From: Planctomycetota bacterium
GTDB taxonomy: Bacteria > Planctomycetota > SZUA-567 > H5-PLA8
Assembly: GCA_045863855.1 (NCBI GenBank)
Contig: BTVV01000001.1
Coordinates: 64,001-128,000 of the forward strand
Direction: 5' to 3'
Length of the DNA: 64,000 nucleotides
In this document: positions 19,238 to 28,377 of the stretch, one piece after another
Layout of the letters: each line of letters opens with the position of its first letter
How positions within the stretch are numbered: position 1 is the stretch's first letter
The notes under the pieces: model-generated
The model's database searches: none
Seen by the model: the letters and a program-made list of their open reading frames with translations, nothing else
Told to the model about the DNA's origin: nothing
Translations under genes and position numbers: made by a program

Positions 19238-20464
19238 TCAAAATTCATCGGGAGCGGTGGCGGGGCGTTCGGGCTTGGCGTTCGGCTCGAGTGCTTCGAA
19301 AAAGGGGCGGTCTTGCGGCAGCTTGCGCAGGGCGGCGGCGACATCGCGGGCTTTGGCGGCTTGATCGGGGCCGGCCTTTTCGGCCCAGGCATCGAGCGCC
19401 GCGGCCAGTTGGGCGTGCCCGCCGTCGTGCAGGTACCACGCGGGACGGCTCAGGGCGTCCAGATCGGCGACGGCGACGTCCGCCGGTAGGGCCGCGAGCA
19501 TGGCCAGCAGCACCTTCAGCGGTCCGGCTTGTGGTTTCGCGCCGGCGGCCTGCGGATCGTGCGGCAACCAGACGCGCGGCGTACCGCGTTCGAGCAGCGC
19601 GAGGCGGTTGCGAAACGGGAATTGGGGATCGAGCAGCAAGGCCGGCACGGCGGCATCTTGGAGCTTCAGATCGGGCGCCAGGATGGCGGCGGCGGCCTCG
19701 ATGCGCGCGCGGTGGATTCCTTCGGGCGTCGCGCCGCGGGCGTGCATGAAGACGGGGAACGGCAGGCCGGGTGCATCGGGCTGCGCGGGCCAGGCTTCGG
19801 CGAGGATCGCGCGGGCGCGGGCTTGTCCGGCCGGCGGATCGAGTTCGGCGCGGAGTTTGAGCGCGTGGGTGAAGAGCTTGAGGCGCTGGGCGTTGGCGTT
19901 GGGTTCCTGCAGCGAGAAGACCATGCGCCCGCCGGCCGGCGGCGGCGCGGGCGGCTGGTGCTTCACGACGTACAGATCGTCGAGGCTCCAGGCGGCGTAA
20001 CGCGCAAGTCGTTCGCGCGCCGGCGCGTCGCCGAGTCGGGCGAGGATTTCCAACGCGTGCGCGTGGCGCGCGGCGGCCGTCGCATCCCAGACGTCTTCGG
20101 GCTTGGCGGCGGGCAGGGGCTGGTCGAGCGCTGCTGCGGCGGCGAGCGCTTCGCGCGCCGCGGCATGTCCGGCCCGCGCCCGCGCGCCGAGGGTCCACAT
20201 TTCGAGTTTCGCGCGCGTTTCGGGCGGAAGCTGCGCCAGCGCCGCGGCCAACTGCGCGCGATCCACGGCGCGCTCGAACGATTCGCCGGTGAGTCCCGCC
20301 GCGTCGAAGCCTTGCACGGGCAGATCGATCAACTTCCAATCGCCGGAGAGTCCCTGCGCGAGCGCGGCTTCGAGTTCGTCGAGCTGCGCGCGGGTCGCTT
20401 CTTCGCTGGCGTGCAGCGGAAGCGCGAGCAGGAGGCTCAGGGTCAGGATCGCGGCGGTGCGCAT
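19238..20464 (-). CDS. hypothetical exported protein
   Basis: signal-like MRTAAILTLSLLLALPLHA; alternative start at 20590 also has a GAGG RBS. Confidence 0.6.
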   Translation of the reverse strand: MRTAAILTLSLLLALPLHASEEATRAQLDELEAALAQGLSGDWKLIDLPVQGFDAAGLTGESFERAVDRAQLAAALAQLPPETRAKLEMWTLGARARAGHAAAREALAAAAALDQPLPAAKPEDVWDATAAARHAHALEILARLGDAPARERLARYAAWSLDDLYVVKHQPPAPPPAGGRMVFSLQEPNANAQRLKLFTHALKLRAELDPPAGQARARAILAEAWPAQPDAPGLPFPVFMHARGATPEGIHRARIEAAAAILAPDLKLQDAAVPALLLDPQFPFRNRLALLERGTPRVWLPHDPQAAGAKPQAGPLKVLLAMLAALPADVAVADLDALSRPAWYLHDGGHAQLAAALDAWAEKAGPDQAAKARDVAAALRKLPQDRPFFEALEPNAKPERPATAPDEF

Positions 20465-20662
20465 GGCGGTGGCTCCGGTGCAGGCGGGTCGGCTTTGGAT
20501 GCTGGAATTCGGATGGGAAGGCATGCGCTGACGCCGAACGAAGGCGTTCGAGGCCCAGGACGCGAACGGAAGCGCGAAGAAGATCGGCATGGTTTCCTCG
20601 CGCTCCCGTTTTCGATCCTGACCGTAGTTGGAATGAGCTGCCGGACCACTCCCAGGCGCGCA

Positions 20663-22123
20663 TCAGCGGCGCGGGGCAGCGCCTTGCGTCACGGGACCGG
20701 GTTGCGGCGCCGGCGCGGGGTTCGCCGCGGCTTCCGGCGCTCTATTGGGATCGGGGACGGGCGCAGTGGTCACGACGGTCTGCGCGCCGCTGCTGACCTC
20801 GACGCGGACGGCTTCGGTGGAGGTGACGACGGCCGAGGCGCCGACCCATTGAGCGTTGACGTTGGGGAGGAACGGGAGCGGGTCACCGGCATCGAGCTGG
20901 ATCTGAAAGGCTCGGACGGGCGCCTCGGAAGACGGATCGCCCTTGATGAAATCGACGGTCTGGAGCGCGCCCAAGGTGGATTCGAGCACTTTGCGTAAAT
21001 CGTCGCGCGGTTCGGTCTGCGCGCGATGGGCGCGAATCCGAGCGAGTATGGCTTCGACGGATTTCGCGGGCGCTGCGGCCTGCGCGGGCTCCGGGTTCGG
21101 GGCGTCGGCGGCGTGGGAGGCTTGCACGGCGAAGACGGCGGCGGCGAGGGCCAGCGCGGTAAGACGTTGACCGGAAGGCATGGCGATGCTCCTTTCGAGC
21201 GGGGGTGCGGGCGGCGGTGCGCGTTCCGGAACAGGGCCGGAAGGCGCGGACGATACGGGTTGCCGCGGGTCGAGGACGGGTTCGGGCGCGGCGGCGCGAA
21301 CGGTTCGGTTTCGATACTCGGCGGGCGCGTAGAGTGCCAGAGGCAGCGCGGCTGCGGCGAGGAGCACGCAGGCGGCGAGCATCGGGGCGCTTAGCTTCGC
21401 GGCGGCGGGTTGGAGCGGGTCGCGCGGGACGTGCTCGCGCGGGACGGGCGACAGTTCGCGGCAAGGCGCACCGGGCAGCGCCGCGTCGAGCCGGACGGCC
21501 AAGGCCGCGGAAGCGGCGGGCGGGGCCTGCGCGGCGAGCTCCGCGGCGATGCCGGATACGGCGAGCGTGACGCCGGCGCGGTTGAGCTCGGCGCGGAGGC
21601 GTTCGAGCGCTCGGCGCAGCCGGCCGTGGAGCGTCTGGCGCGGGAGATCCAGCGTCTCGGCGGCTTCGTGCAGGCGCAAACCTTCGAGGTAGCAGAGGAC
21701 CACGGGCAGGCGCAGCTCGTCGGGCAAATCGTCCACGGCGGCGCGGAGGCGTTCGCGCGTCTGGGCGTCCGGCGGCGCGTGCATGGGGTCTCCTCCGGAA
21801 AGCGCGTCGCCGTTTGCGTGGCGCAGCGCCAGATGGCGGCGTTCGGCGCGGCGTTGTCCGCGCAGCGCGTTGAGGCTGCATTGGAGCGTGGCGCGGTAGA
21901 GCGCCACGCGAAACGCGGCGAGGGATTCGAAGCCGGCCGTCCGCGACATGAGCTTGAGGCACGCTTCCTGGACGGCGTCTTCGGCGGCCGCGCCTTCGTG
22001 GAGCACGCGGTACGCGACGGCGTACGCGCGTTCGCGGTGCAGCTTGAGCAGTTCGCCCAAGGCCGCGCCGTCGCGAGCGTGACGCCAGCGTTCCAAACGG
22101 TCGACGAGATCGGCTTCCGTCAT
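20663..22123 (-). CDS. ECF sigma-70 factor with long C-terminal membrane/extracytoplasmic extension
   Basis: region 2 (AYAVAYRVL, AEDAVQEA), region 4 (LPDELRLPVVLCYLEG, AAETLDLP, RLRRALERLR), then a TM helix. Confidence 0.85.
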   Translation of the reverse strand: MTEADLVDRLERWRHARDGAALGELLKLHRERAYAVAYRVLHEGAAAEDAVQEACLKLMSRTAGFESLAAFRVALYRATLQCSLNALRGQRRAERRHLALRHANGDALSGGDPMHAPPDAQTRERLRAAVDDLPDELRLPVVLCYLEGLRLHEAAETLDLPRQTLHGRLRRALERLRAELNRAGVTLAVSGIAAELAAQAPPAASAALAVRLDAALPGAPCRELSPVPREHVPRDPLQPAAAKLSAPMLAACVLLAAAALPLALYAPAEYRNRTVRAAAPEPVLDPRQPVSSAPSGPVPERAPPPAPPLERSIAMPSGQRLTALALAAAVFAVQASHAADAPNPEPAQAAAPAKSVEAILARIRAHRAQTEPRDDLRKVLESTLGALQTVDFIKGDPSSEAPVRAFQIQLDAGDPLPFLPNVNAQWVGASAVVTSTEAVRVEVSSGAQTVVTTAPVPDPNRAPEAAANPAPAPQPGPVTQGAAPRR

Positions 22124-22221
22124 GGCAGTCTCCGGATGCACACGCCCCACGGGATAGGGATAGGACGGCGAAAAAGGCGAAAAACCGAGCCTAAAGTTCG
22201 CTGCGCAGCGTGCATACCGGG

Positions 22222-22425
22222 GCCGCTGGGGGTTCCGGCGCCGAAGGGCGGGAGGATGCTCAGCGTGTCCCGCTTGAACCGGTGCGCCAGCGGCGGCCTG
22301 TCCGCCGGCGGACGCTTGCCCGGAAGCGGTGCAGCGGCAGCAAGCTGCCGCGGGCACACCAGCTTTCGAAGCGTGATTACCGACGACGGAAGAGCACGGG
22401 GTCAAAACCACGGGCTCGCGGCGTG
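22222..22425. ncRNA. candidate structured RNA (6S-like fold possible)
   Basis: intergenic; GGTGCGCCAGCGGCGGC can pair with GCTGCCGCGGGCACACC; outer TTGAACC/GGGGTCAA partial pairing. Confidence 0.25.
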
Positions 22426-22443
22426 TACGAAAACGCACTCGGC

Positions 22444-23325
22444 TTACGCTTCCGGAAAGTCGATCCGGGCGAAGAGGCCGCGGCTGGCCCAGTCCTGAAA
22501 CCACGCGCCGACGTTTGCGGCGAGGCGTTCGAGGTCGGTCTCGGGCCGGTCGGCGAGGATCTCGAGGGCTTCTTCGAGGGTCTGTCCGTCGCGGAGGGCG
22601 TTCAAGAGTGCGTAGCCTTCGCGATCGAGCTGCAAGCGGTAGACCGAGAATTCTTTGCGGTAGACGGCGACGAAATCGTGCTTCGGCGCGGGGACGGGCG
22701 GGCATTCGCCTTTGCGCACCGCGGCGATGTACTCGTGCGCGGGGTAGCCGCATTCGATCAGGCGCAGCGCCGGGATGGTCTGGACGCGCGCGCCGGCCCA
22801 GCGTTCGGGCGGCACGCCGAGCAGATCGTCAAGCTTGACGGGTTCGGCGCGCCGTTCGTCGAAGACTTCCTCCATCGCCCACTCGATGGCCGCGACGTCG
22901 GCCAGGAAGGCCGGTGCGGGCAACTCCAGATCGCCCGTCTCGTGGCGCAGGAAGCTGCTGAAAGGTATGCCCAGCTTGCCGAGACTCCAATGCTTCGACG
23001 GATGCCTATCGAGGTAGCGTTCGACGATTCCGCGGAAGAGGTCTTTTCCGACCGCGCATTCGACGGTGGGGAAGTCCATCTGCATGATCTCGAGGAGGCG
23101 CCAGAAGTAGGCGTTGGCGTAGACGTCGAGGCGTTCTTTGGCGGAGAGTCGTTTGGAGCGATCGACGACGCACTCGAGCTGTTCGAAGGGCACGTCGATA
23201 TGCTTGCGGGCGGCATCGGATTCGACGCCGGCTTCGACGCCCTTGGGATGGGCGACGACTTCGAACATCCAGCGCTGCAAGGCGCCGAGGTCGAAGGGTT
23301 CGGGGCGCGCGCCGGGGCGGCTCAT
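22444..23325 (-). CDS. DUF2063 MNIO partner protein (BufC/HvfC-like)
   Basis: [14 protein letters not shown]...[25 protein letters not shown] overlap with the DUF692 stop. Confidence 0.85.
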   Translation of the reverse strand: MSRPGARPEPFDLGALQRWMFEVVAHPKGVEAGVESDAARKHIDVPFEQLECVVDRSKRLSAKERLDVYANAYFWRLLEIMQMDFPTVECAVGKDLFRGIVERYLDRHPSKHWSLGKLGIPFSSFLRHETGDLELPAPAFLADVAAIEWAMEEVFDERRAEPVKLDDLLGVPPERWAGARVQTIPALRLIECGYPAHEYIAAVRKGECPPVPAPKHDFVAVYRKEFSVYRLQLDREGYALLNALRDGQTLEEALEILADRPETDLERLAANVGAWFQDWASRGLFARIDFPEA

Positions 23326-24176
23326 GAGTTCACCGCCACGTCCTTGCGGAAGCGTTCGGCGCGCAGCGCTTCGTTGTGGACATCCTGGAAGCTGGGAATC
23401 TTGTCGTCCCATTCGAGCAGCGTGGCGCGCCCGCCGGCGCGTTTCATCACGTCGGCGTAGAGCGCCCAGACGGGATCGATGACCGGGCCGTCGTGCGTAT
23501 CGATGCAGTGCGTGCCTTTGTCGGTGTGTCCGGCGAGGTGAATCTGGACGACGCGGTCGTAGGGGATGCCGTCGAGGAACGCCTGCGGGTCGCCATCGTG
23601 GTTCCGGCAGCTCACGTAGACGTTGTTCACGTCCAGCAGGAGCGCGCAATCGCTGAGTTCGCACAGCCGCGCGATGAATTCCTGTTCGGGCATGGTGGAG
23701 CTGGCGAAAGTGACGTAGGTGCTGGGATTTTCGAGCACCAGGGGGCGTTCGAGGATGTCCTGCACGATGCGGACGCGTTCGGCGACGTGCTCGAGGGAGC
23801 GCTCGTTGGTCGGTATGGGCAGCAGGTCGTGGCTGTTGAGCCCCGCGACGCCGGTCCAGCAGATGTGGTCGCCGACCCAGCGCGCGCCGATGCGGTCGGC
23901 GAGCTTCTTGAGGCGGGCGAGGTAATCGCGGTCGAGCGGATCGGTGCTGCCGATGGAGAGGCTGACGCCGTGCATGGCGATGGGGTAGCGTTCGGCGACC
24001 TGTTCGAGCACGTACAGGGGGCGGCCTTCGGTGTGCATGAAGTTTTCGGAGATGATCTCGAACCAGTCGACGGGCGGCTTCTGTTCGAGGATGTGCGAGA
24101 AGTGGAGCGTGCGCAGTCCGACGCCGATGCCAAGATCGGGCAGTTTCCAGCGGTTGGGAATCGGCATGCGTTTCAC
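23322..24176 (-). CDS. DUF692 multinuclear non-heme iron oxidative enzyme (MNIO, BufB-like)
   Basis: [57 protein letters not shown]. Confidence 0.95.
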   Translation of the reverse strand: MKRMPIPNRWKLPDLGIGVGLRTLHFSHILEQKPPVDWFEIISENFMHTEGRPLYVLEQVAERYPIAMHGVSLSIGSTDPLDRDYLARLKKLADRIGARWVGDHICWTGVAGLNSHDLLPIPTNERSLEHVAERVRIVQDILERPLVLENPSTYVTFASSTMPEQEFIARLCELSDCALLLDVNNVYVSCRNHDGDPQAFLDGIPYDRVVQIHLAGHTDKGTHCIDTHDGPVIDPVWALYADVMKRAGGRATLLEWDDKIPSFQDVHNEALRAERFRKDVAVNS

Positions 24177-24186
24177 CTTATTATTA

Positions 24187-24223
24187 ATAAAGCAGGCGCG
24201 CCGGGTATGAATCCCGGCGCGCC
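24187..24223 (-). terminator. leaky terminator / mRNA-stabilising hairpin between precursor and MNIO
   Basis: 11-bp stem GGCGCGCCGGG/CCCGGCGCGCC (24195-24223) followed on the minus strand by TGCTTTATT. Confidence 0.65.
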
Positions 24224-24239
24224 CGATGCGGCGAACCGG

Positions 24240-24632
24240 TTACTTCTCGGTCTTCTTCACAGGCACGGCGCAGCCGCCCTTGCCCTTGCAGCTGTTCTTG
24301 CCGGCGCAACCCGCATCGCCGCTCTTGCAGCCGCCCTGGCCCTTACAGGCGTTGTGGCCCTTGCAGCCGTGTTTCTCGGCCGTGGCGCAGCCGCCCTTGC
24401 CTTTGCATTCGTTCTTGCCCTTACAGGCGTTGGCGTCGGTCTTGCAGCCGCCCTTGCCCTTACAGGCGTTGAGGCCCTTGCAGGCGTTCTTGGCCGCTTC
24501 TTCCTTCTTGGCCTCTTCTTCCGCCATCAGCGGGCGCGCCACGCCGGCTACCACGCCCAGCGCCGCCGCCGCCATCAGCCGCTTGCCGAATTCGCGGCGC
24601 GTCTGGCCGGACTGCTCCTTACGTTCCTGCAT
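24240..24632 (-). CDS. Cys-rich RiPP precursor (BufA2-like bufferin-type) with Tat signal
   Basis: TRREFGK twin-arginine motif plus hydrophobic stretch; four C-K/A-G-x-N-x-C-K-G-x-G-G-C repeats (12 Cys); directly upstream of DUF692. Confidence 0.85.
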   Translation of the reverse strand: MQERKEQSGQTRREFGKRLMAAAALGVVAGVARPLMAEEEAKKEEAAKNACKGLNACKGKGGCKTDANACKGKNECKGKGGCATAEKHGCKGHNACKGQGGCKSGDAGCAGKNSCKGKGGCAVPVKKTEK

Positions 24633-24854
24633 CTGTCTCGCCTCCTATCGATAAGGCACCTCACGTTACGGCTGGCGCACACGCGCCGACCGGGTCTGGA
24701 CCCCGATCAAGCCGATACCGTGCTGACCCACAGACCTCAGATACCTGCTCTGATGTAATGGGGTGTGGTGACTATTCATTTCATTCTGCGGGCCGGAACG
24801 GGCACTGTCCAGTCTTTAGTTGCGCGCGGACGGCGCCGCGCCTCATTCCTAACC

Positions 24855-24882
24855 TAATTCCATAACTCCAGTTATGGAATTA
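24855..24882. other. perfect 28-bp palindrome; dif-like site or operator
   Basis: TAATTCCATAA-CTCCAG-TTATGGAATTA: 11+6+11 layout with CATAA-N6-TTATG core. Confidence 0.5.
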
Positions 24883-24895
24883 ATGAGGACGATGT

Positions 24896-25783
24896 TCAGG
24901 TACGGTTAAGCTCCGCGGTTGCCCCGAACAGATCCCATAATTGAAGCGGAGTCAAGGCTTCGGCGCGCCGTTCGGCGGCGGGATGTCCTTCGGGCAGCGA
25001 GCCTTTCAGCAATCCGCCGATGCGTTTGCGGCGCTGCCGAAAAAGGCGGTGGAGCCAGTCGGAGTACGCGCGGGCCTGCGCCTGCGGCAGCGCGGCTTGG
25101 GGCCACGGGGGCAGTTCGATCTCGAGTACGGCGCTGTGGACTTGGGGCCGCGGCCAGAAGACTTCGGGCCCTACTTTGCGTACGATGCGCGCGCGCCCGC
25201 GCAGCGCGAGGTAGGCCGCGAGCGGCCCGTAGGCCGAGGTTCCGGGGGCGGCGATGAGGCGTTCGGCGAGTTCTTTCTGGATCGTCGCGACGGCGCGTTC
25301 GACGAGGCAGGCGCAAGCCTCGTGCGGTTCGGAAAGGTTCGCGAGCAGCGGCGTGGCGGCGTTGTAGGGCAAATTCGCGCCCAGAACGCGGCGCGGGCGG
25401 CTTTCGGTTTCGGAGATGCGCAGGAGTTCGCCGACCCAGGCCGGGTTGAGGCCGTGCTTGCCTTCCAGGATGTCGCCTTCGACGAGGGTGAGTCGTCCGG
25501 CGCCGAGTTCGGGCGCGAAGACGCCGCGCAGCAGGCGCGCGAGGCCGGTATCGAGTTCGACGGCCAGGACGCGCGCGGCGGGGTGCGCGTCGAGGAGCGC
25601 GCGGGTGAGGGCGCCGGTGCCGGGCCCGGCTTCGAGGACGACGGTTCGTTCGTCGGGCGCGACCTGTCGCGCGATGGCGGCTGCGAAGTTGGGATCGATC
25701 AGGAAGTTCTGGCCGAAGCGCTTCTGCGGGCGCAGGCCGTATTCGGCGAGCTGGTTCTTGAGGCGCTCGAGCGGACCGGACAC
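24896..25783 (-). CDS. rsmA: 16S rRNA (adenine1518/1519-N6)-dimethyltransferase
   Basis: KRFGQNFLID, LEAGPGTGALT, ANLPYN, QKELAERL, FWPRPQVHSAV. Confidence 0.93.
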   Translation of the reverse strand: MSGPLERLKNQLAEYGLRPQKRFGQNFLIDPNFAAAIARQVAPDERTVVLEAGPGTGALTRALLDAHPAARVLAVELDTGLARLLRGVFAPELGAGRLTLVEGDILEGKHGLNPAWVGELLRISETESRPRRVLGANLPYNAATPLLANLSEPHEACACLVERAVATIQKELAERLIAAPGTSAYGPLAAYLALRGRARIVRKVGPEVFWPRPQVHSAVLEIELPPWPQAALPQAQARAYSDWLHRLFRQRRKRIGGLLKGSLPEGHPAAERRAEALTPLQLWDLFGATAELNRT

Positions 25784-25792
25784 AGGAGCGGC

Positions 25793-27070
25793 TTAGCTCT
25801 TCGCGGCCTTCTCGAGGGCATCGAGGGTCGCGGCGGTGGGCCGCACGATGGGGATGCCGCAGCCGCGCGCGTGGACGGCCTGCGCGCAGATGCCCAGGGC
25901 CCGGCTGAGCGCGAAGAGGACCGTGTAGTAGTTCTGTTCGGTGAGCCCGTAGTGGCACAGCAGCGATCCCGAAGCGGCATCGACGTTGGGCCAAGGGTTC
26001 TTGATCTTGGGGTGCTTCTGCAGGACTTTGGGCACGGCCTCGAAGACGTTGAGCACGGTCTTGAAGACCGGGTCTTCCGGGCAGCGCTTCTTGCCGAATT
26101 CGACGAAGCTGGTGAAGCGCGGATCGGTGACGCGCAGCACCGCGTGTCCGTAGCCTGGAATGACGCGCTTGGCGGCGAGGGTTTCGTCGGCGAACTGCGT
26201 GATCTGCTGGACGGTGGGCACGCCGCCGAATTTCTTCATCACGCCCTGGATCCAGGTGAGGCATTCCTGATTGGCCAGCCCGTGAAGCGGTCCGGCGAGT
26301 CCGTTGAGGCCCGCGGAGAGCGAGTAGTAGAGATCGGAGAGCGCGGAGTTGACGGTTGCGGCCGCGTTGGCGCTGACGTTGCCGCCGCCGTGGTCGCTGT
26401 GCAGGACGAGGTAGAGGCGCATCAGTTCGGAGAGCGCGCCGCCGGGATCGGCCAGGCCGAGCTGGTGTACGAATCCGCCGGCCCAGTCCTTCGCGGGATC
26501 GGGCGGGATGCGCGGGCCCTTCTTGAAGCTGCGCCGGTAAATGTACGCGCACAGATCGGGCAGGCGCGCGGTGAGCGTCAGCGCGTCTTCGAAGGTGGCT
26601 TCCCAGTACTGGTCCTTGGGCATCTCGTCTTCGTAGCGCTGGAAGAAGAGCGAATCCTTCTGCATGGCCAGGATGCCGATGCTGAGCACGGTCATGGGAT
26701 GCGTATCGAGCGGGGTGGCGTCGATCACCGGCCAGACGTAAGCAGGCACCTCGCGGCGGGCTTTCCATTCGTCCTGGAGGTCTTTCAACGCGGCGGGATC
26801 GGGAAGTTTGCCGACGAGGAGCAGGTAGAAGACTTCTTCGGGGGAACGTCCGGCGAGATCGCCGATGGGGTAGCCGCGCAGGATCAGGCCCTTTTCGGGC
26901 GGCACGCTGGAGGTATCGCAGAAGAGGCTTTTGATGGAACGGGAACCGCCGAAAATCTGCCCCAGCGTGACCTGATCGACGACCTTTTCCCCGTGGTTGG
27001 CGAGCAGCTTCTTGATGCGCTCGTTTTCCTCGGCCAGGACCTTGCGCAGGGTTTCTTTCAGTGCTCCCAC
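25793..27070 (-). CDS. gltA: citrate (Si)-synthase, eukaryote-type
   Basis: HSDHGGGNVS, LAGPLHGLANQE, PGYGHAVLRVTDPR, NPWPNVDA; GTG start after AAGGAG. Confidence 0.9.
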   Translation of the reverse strand: MGALKETLRKVLAEENERIKKLLANHGEKVVDQVTLGQIFGGSRSIKSLFCDTSSVPPEKGLILRGYPIGDLAGRSPEEVFYLLLVGKLPDPAALKDLQDEWKARREVPAYVWPVIDATPLDTHPMTVLSIGILAMQKDSLFFQRYEDEMPKDQYWEATFEDALTLTARLPDLCAYIYRRSFKKGPRIPPDPAKDWAGGFVHQLGLADPGGALSELMRLYLVLHSDHGGGNVSANAAATVNSALSDLYYSLSAGLNGLAGPLHGLANQECLTWIQGVMKKFGGVPTVQQITQFADETLAAKRVIPGYGHAVLRVTDPRFTSFVEFGKKRCPEDPVFKTVLNVFEAVPKVLQKHPKIKNPWPNVDAASGSLLCHYGLTEQNYYTVLFALSRALGICAQAVHARGCGIPIVRPTAATLDALEKAAKS

Positions 27071-27231
27071 GGATGGCTCCTTCTGCGGCACGTCATGGTT
27101 TCGAAGCGGCGAGCGGAGGAGGGCATACGAGCGAACATCGAGATTCCCCCCGGATGAGCTACAGATTAGTCACGCACGGGGATTCTGCCACGGTAGATTC
27201 GGCGGAAGCGTCCGTTTCGGCTGGAGGAAAG

Positions 27232-28326
27232 CTACCCTTTCAGGTAGGCCTCGATCACTCGGGCGGCGTTGCCCAGCAAAAGGGGATGGGCCAGCTCGAA
27301 GCCGTGCGAGTTGTCGCGTGGCAGGCCGAAGGTGAGGACGCGTCCGGCGAGTCCCGTGGCGAGCACGGCGCCGGCGTCGCTCGCGGCGCTGGGGTAAATG
27401 GCACGCTGGAGCTTCAGCTTGACGCGGGCGGCGGCGGCGTCGAAGCGGGCGGCTTCGCGCAGCGAGTGGGTGGCGGCGCGTTCGCGCATCCACAGCGCGG
27501 GCGTTCCGTCGAGGGCCAGCGGGGATTCGGGGACCGACGGGGAGGTATCGACGCCGACGGCGACTTCGGGTTGCAGGTTCCGGCAGAGTCGCGTGCATCC
27601 GGTGAGCCCGCCTTCCTCGCCCATCGTCGCGCCGAGGTAGATTTCGCCGGGGAGTTTGGCCTTGGCGAGTTTGCGGGCCAGAAGCGTAAGGACGGCCAGC
27701 CCCGCGCGGTCGTCGTAAATGAAGCAGCCGACGCGCGCGCGCGGCCCCGTGCCCGCGCCGAGGCGTTCGACTTTTTTGCGTTCGCGGGCGACGACGGCCC
27801 GGCAGCCCACGCCGATCCCGCGCCGGGCCAGTTCGTCCTTCGAGTATCCGGTTTCGACGCGCACGAGGTCCCAGGTGAGCGCGCGCTTATCTTTCAGTTC
27901 GCCCAGCGGACCCACGCCGGTATGGGTGCTGCCGACGGAGAGGATGCCGCGGACGGTGGGCACGCGGTAATCGTCGCGCTTCGCGGCGGCGGCGTAATCG
28001 GTGGGCGCCAGGAGATCGAGCGGCCCTTCGCCGTACTTCCAGGGCAGCGAACCGCCGAGGTTGGTCAGGCGCAAGCGCCCGTCGGGCTCGACGGCCGTGA
28101 CGAGCATCGAGATCTCGTCGAGATGCGACATCAGGACGAGGCGGGGGCCGGAGCCGCCGGGCTTGCCCAGGCGCGCATAGAGGTTGCCGCCGTCGTCCTC
28201 GACGGGTTCCAATCCGGCCGCGCGCCACAGCCCGCGCACGACGCAACGGACTTCGTCCTCCTGCCCGCCCGGGCCGTGCGCGGAGATGAGCGTTTGAAGC
28301 AGGTCGATGCTTTCGTCTGCGGACAC
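27232..28326 (-). CDS. M42-family metallopeptidase
   Basis: HGPGGQE, SHLDEI, DDRAG, MGEEGG, NSHGFE; GGAGG RBS before GTG. Confidence 0.8.
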   Translation of the reverse strand: MSADESIDLLQTLISAHGPGGQEDEVRCVVRGLWRAAGLEPVEDDGGNLYARLGKPGGSGPRLVLMSHLDEISMLVTAVEPDGRLRLTNLGGSLPWKYGEGPLDLLAPTDYAAAAKRDDYRVPTVRGILSVGSTHTGVGPLGELKDKRALTWDLVRVETGYSKDELARRGIGVGCRAVVARERKKVERLGAGTGPRARVGCFIYDDRAGLAVLTLLARKLAKAKLPGEIYLGATMGEEGGLTGCTRLCRNLQPEVAVGVDTSPSVPESPLALDGTPALWMRERAATHSLREAARFDAAAARVKLKLQRAIYPSAASDAGAVLATGLAGRVLTFGLPRDNSHGFELAHPLLLGNAARVIEAYLKG

Positions 28327-28377
28327 GGGGCCTCCCGGAAGGCTGCGGTTCACACGGCCATCAACGGCACGCCCATG

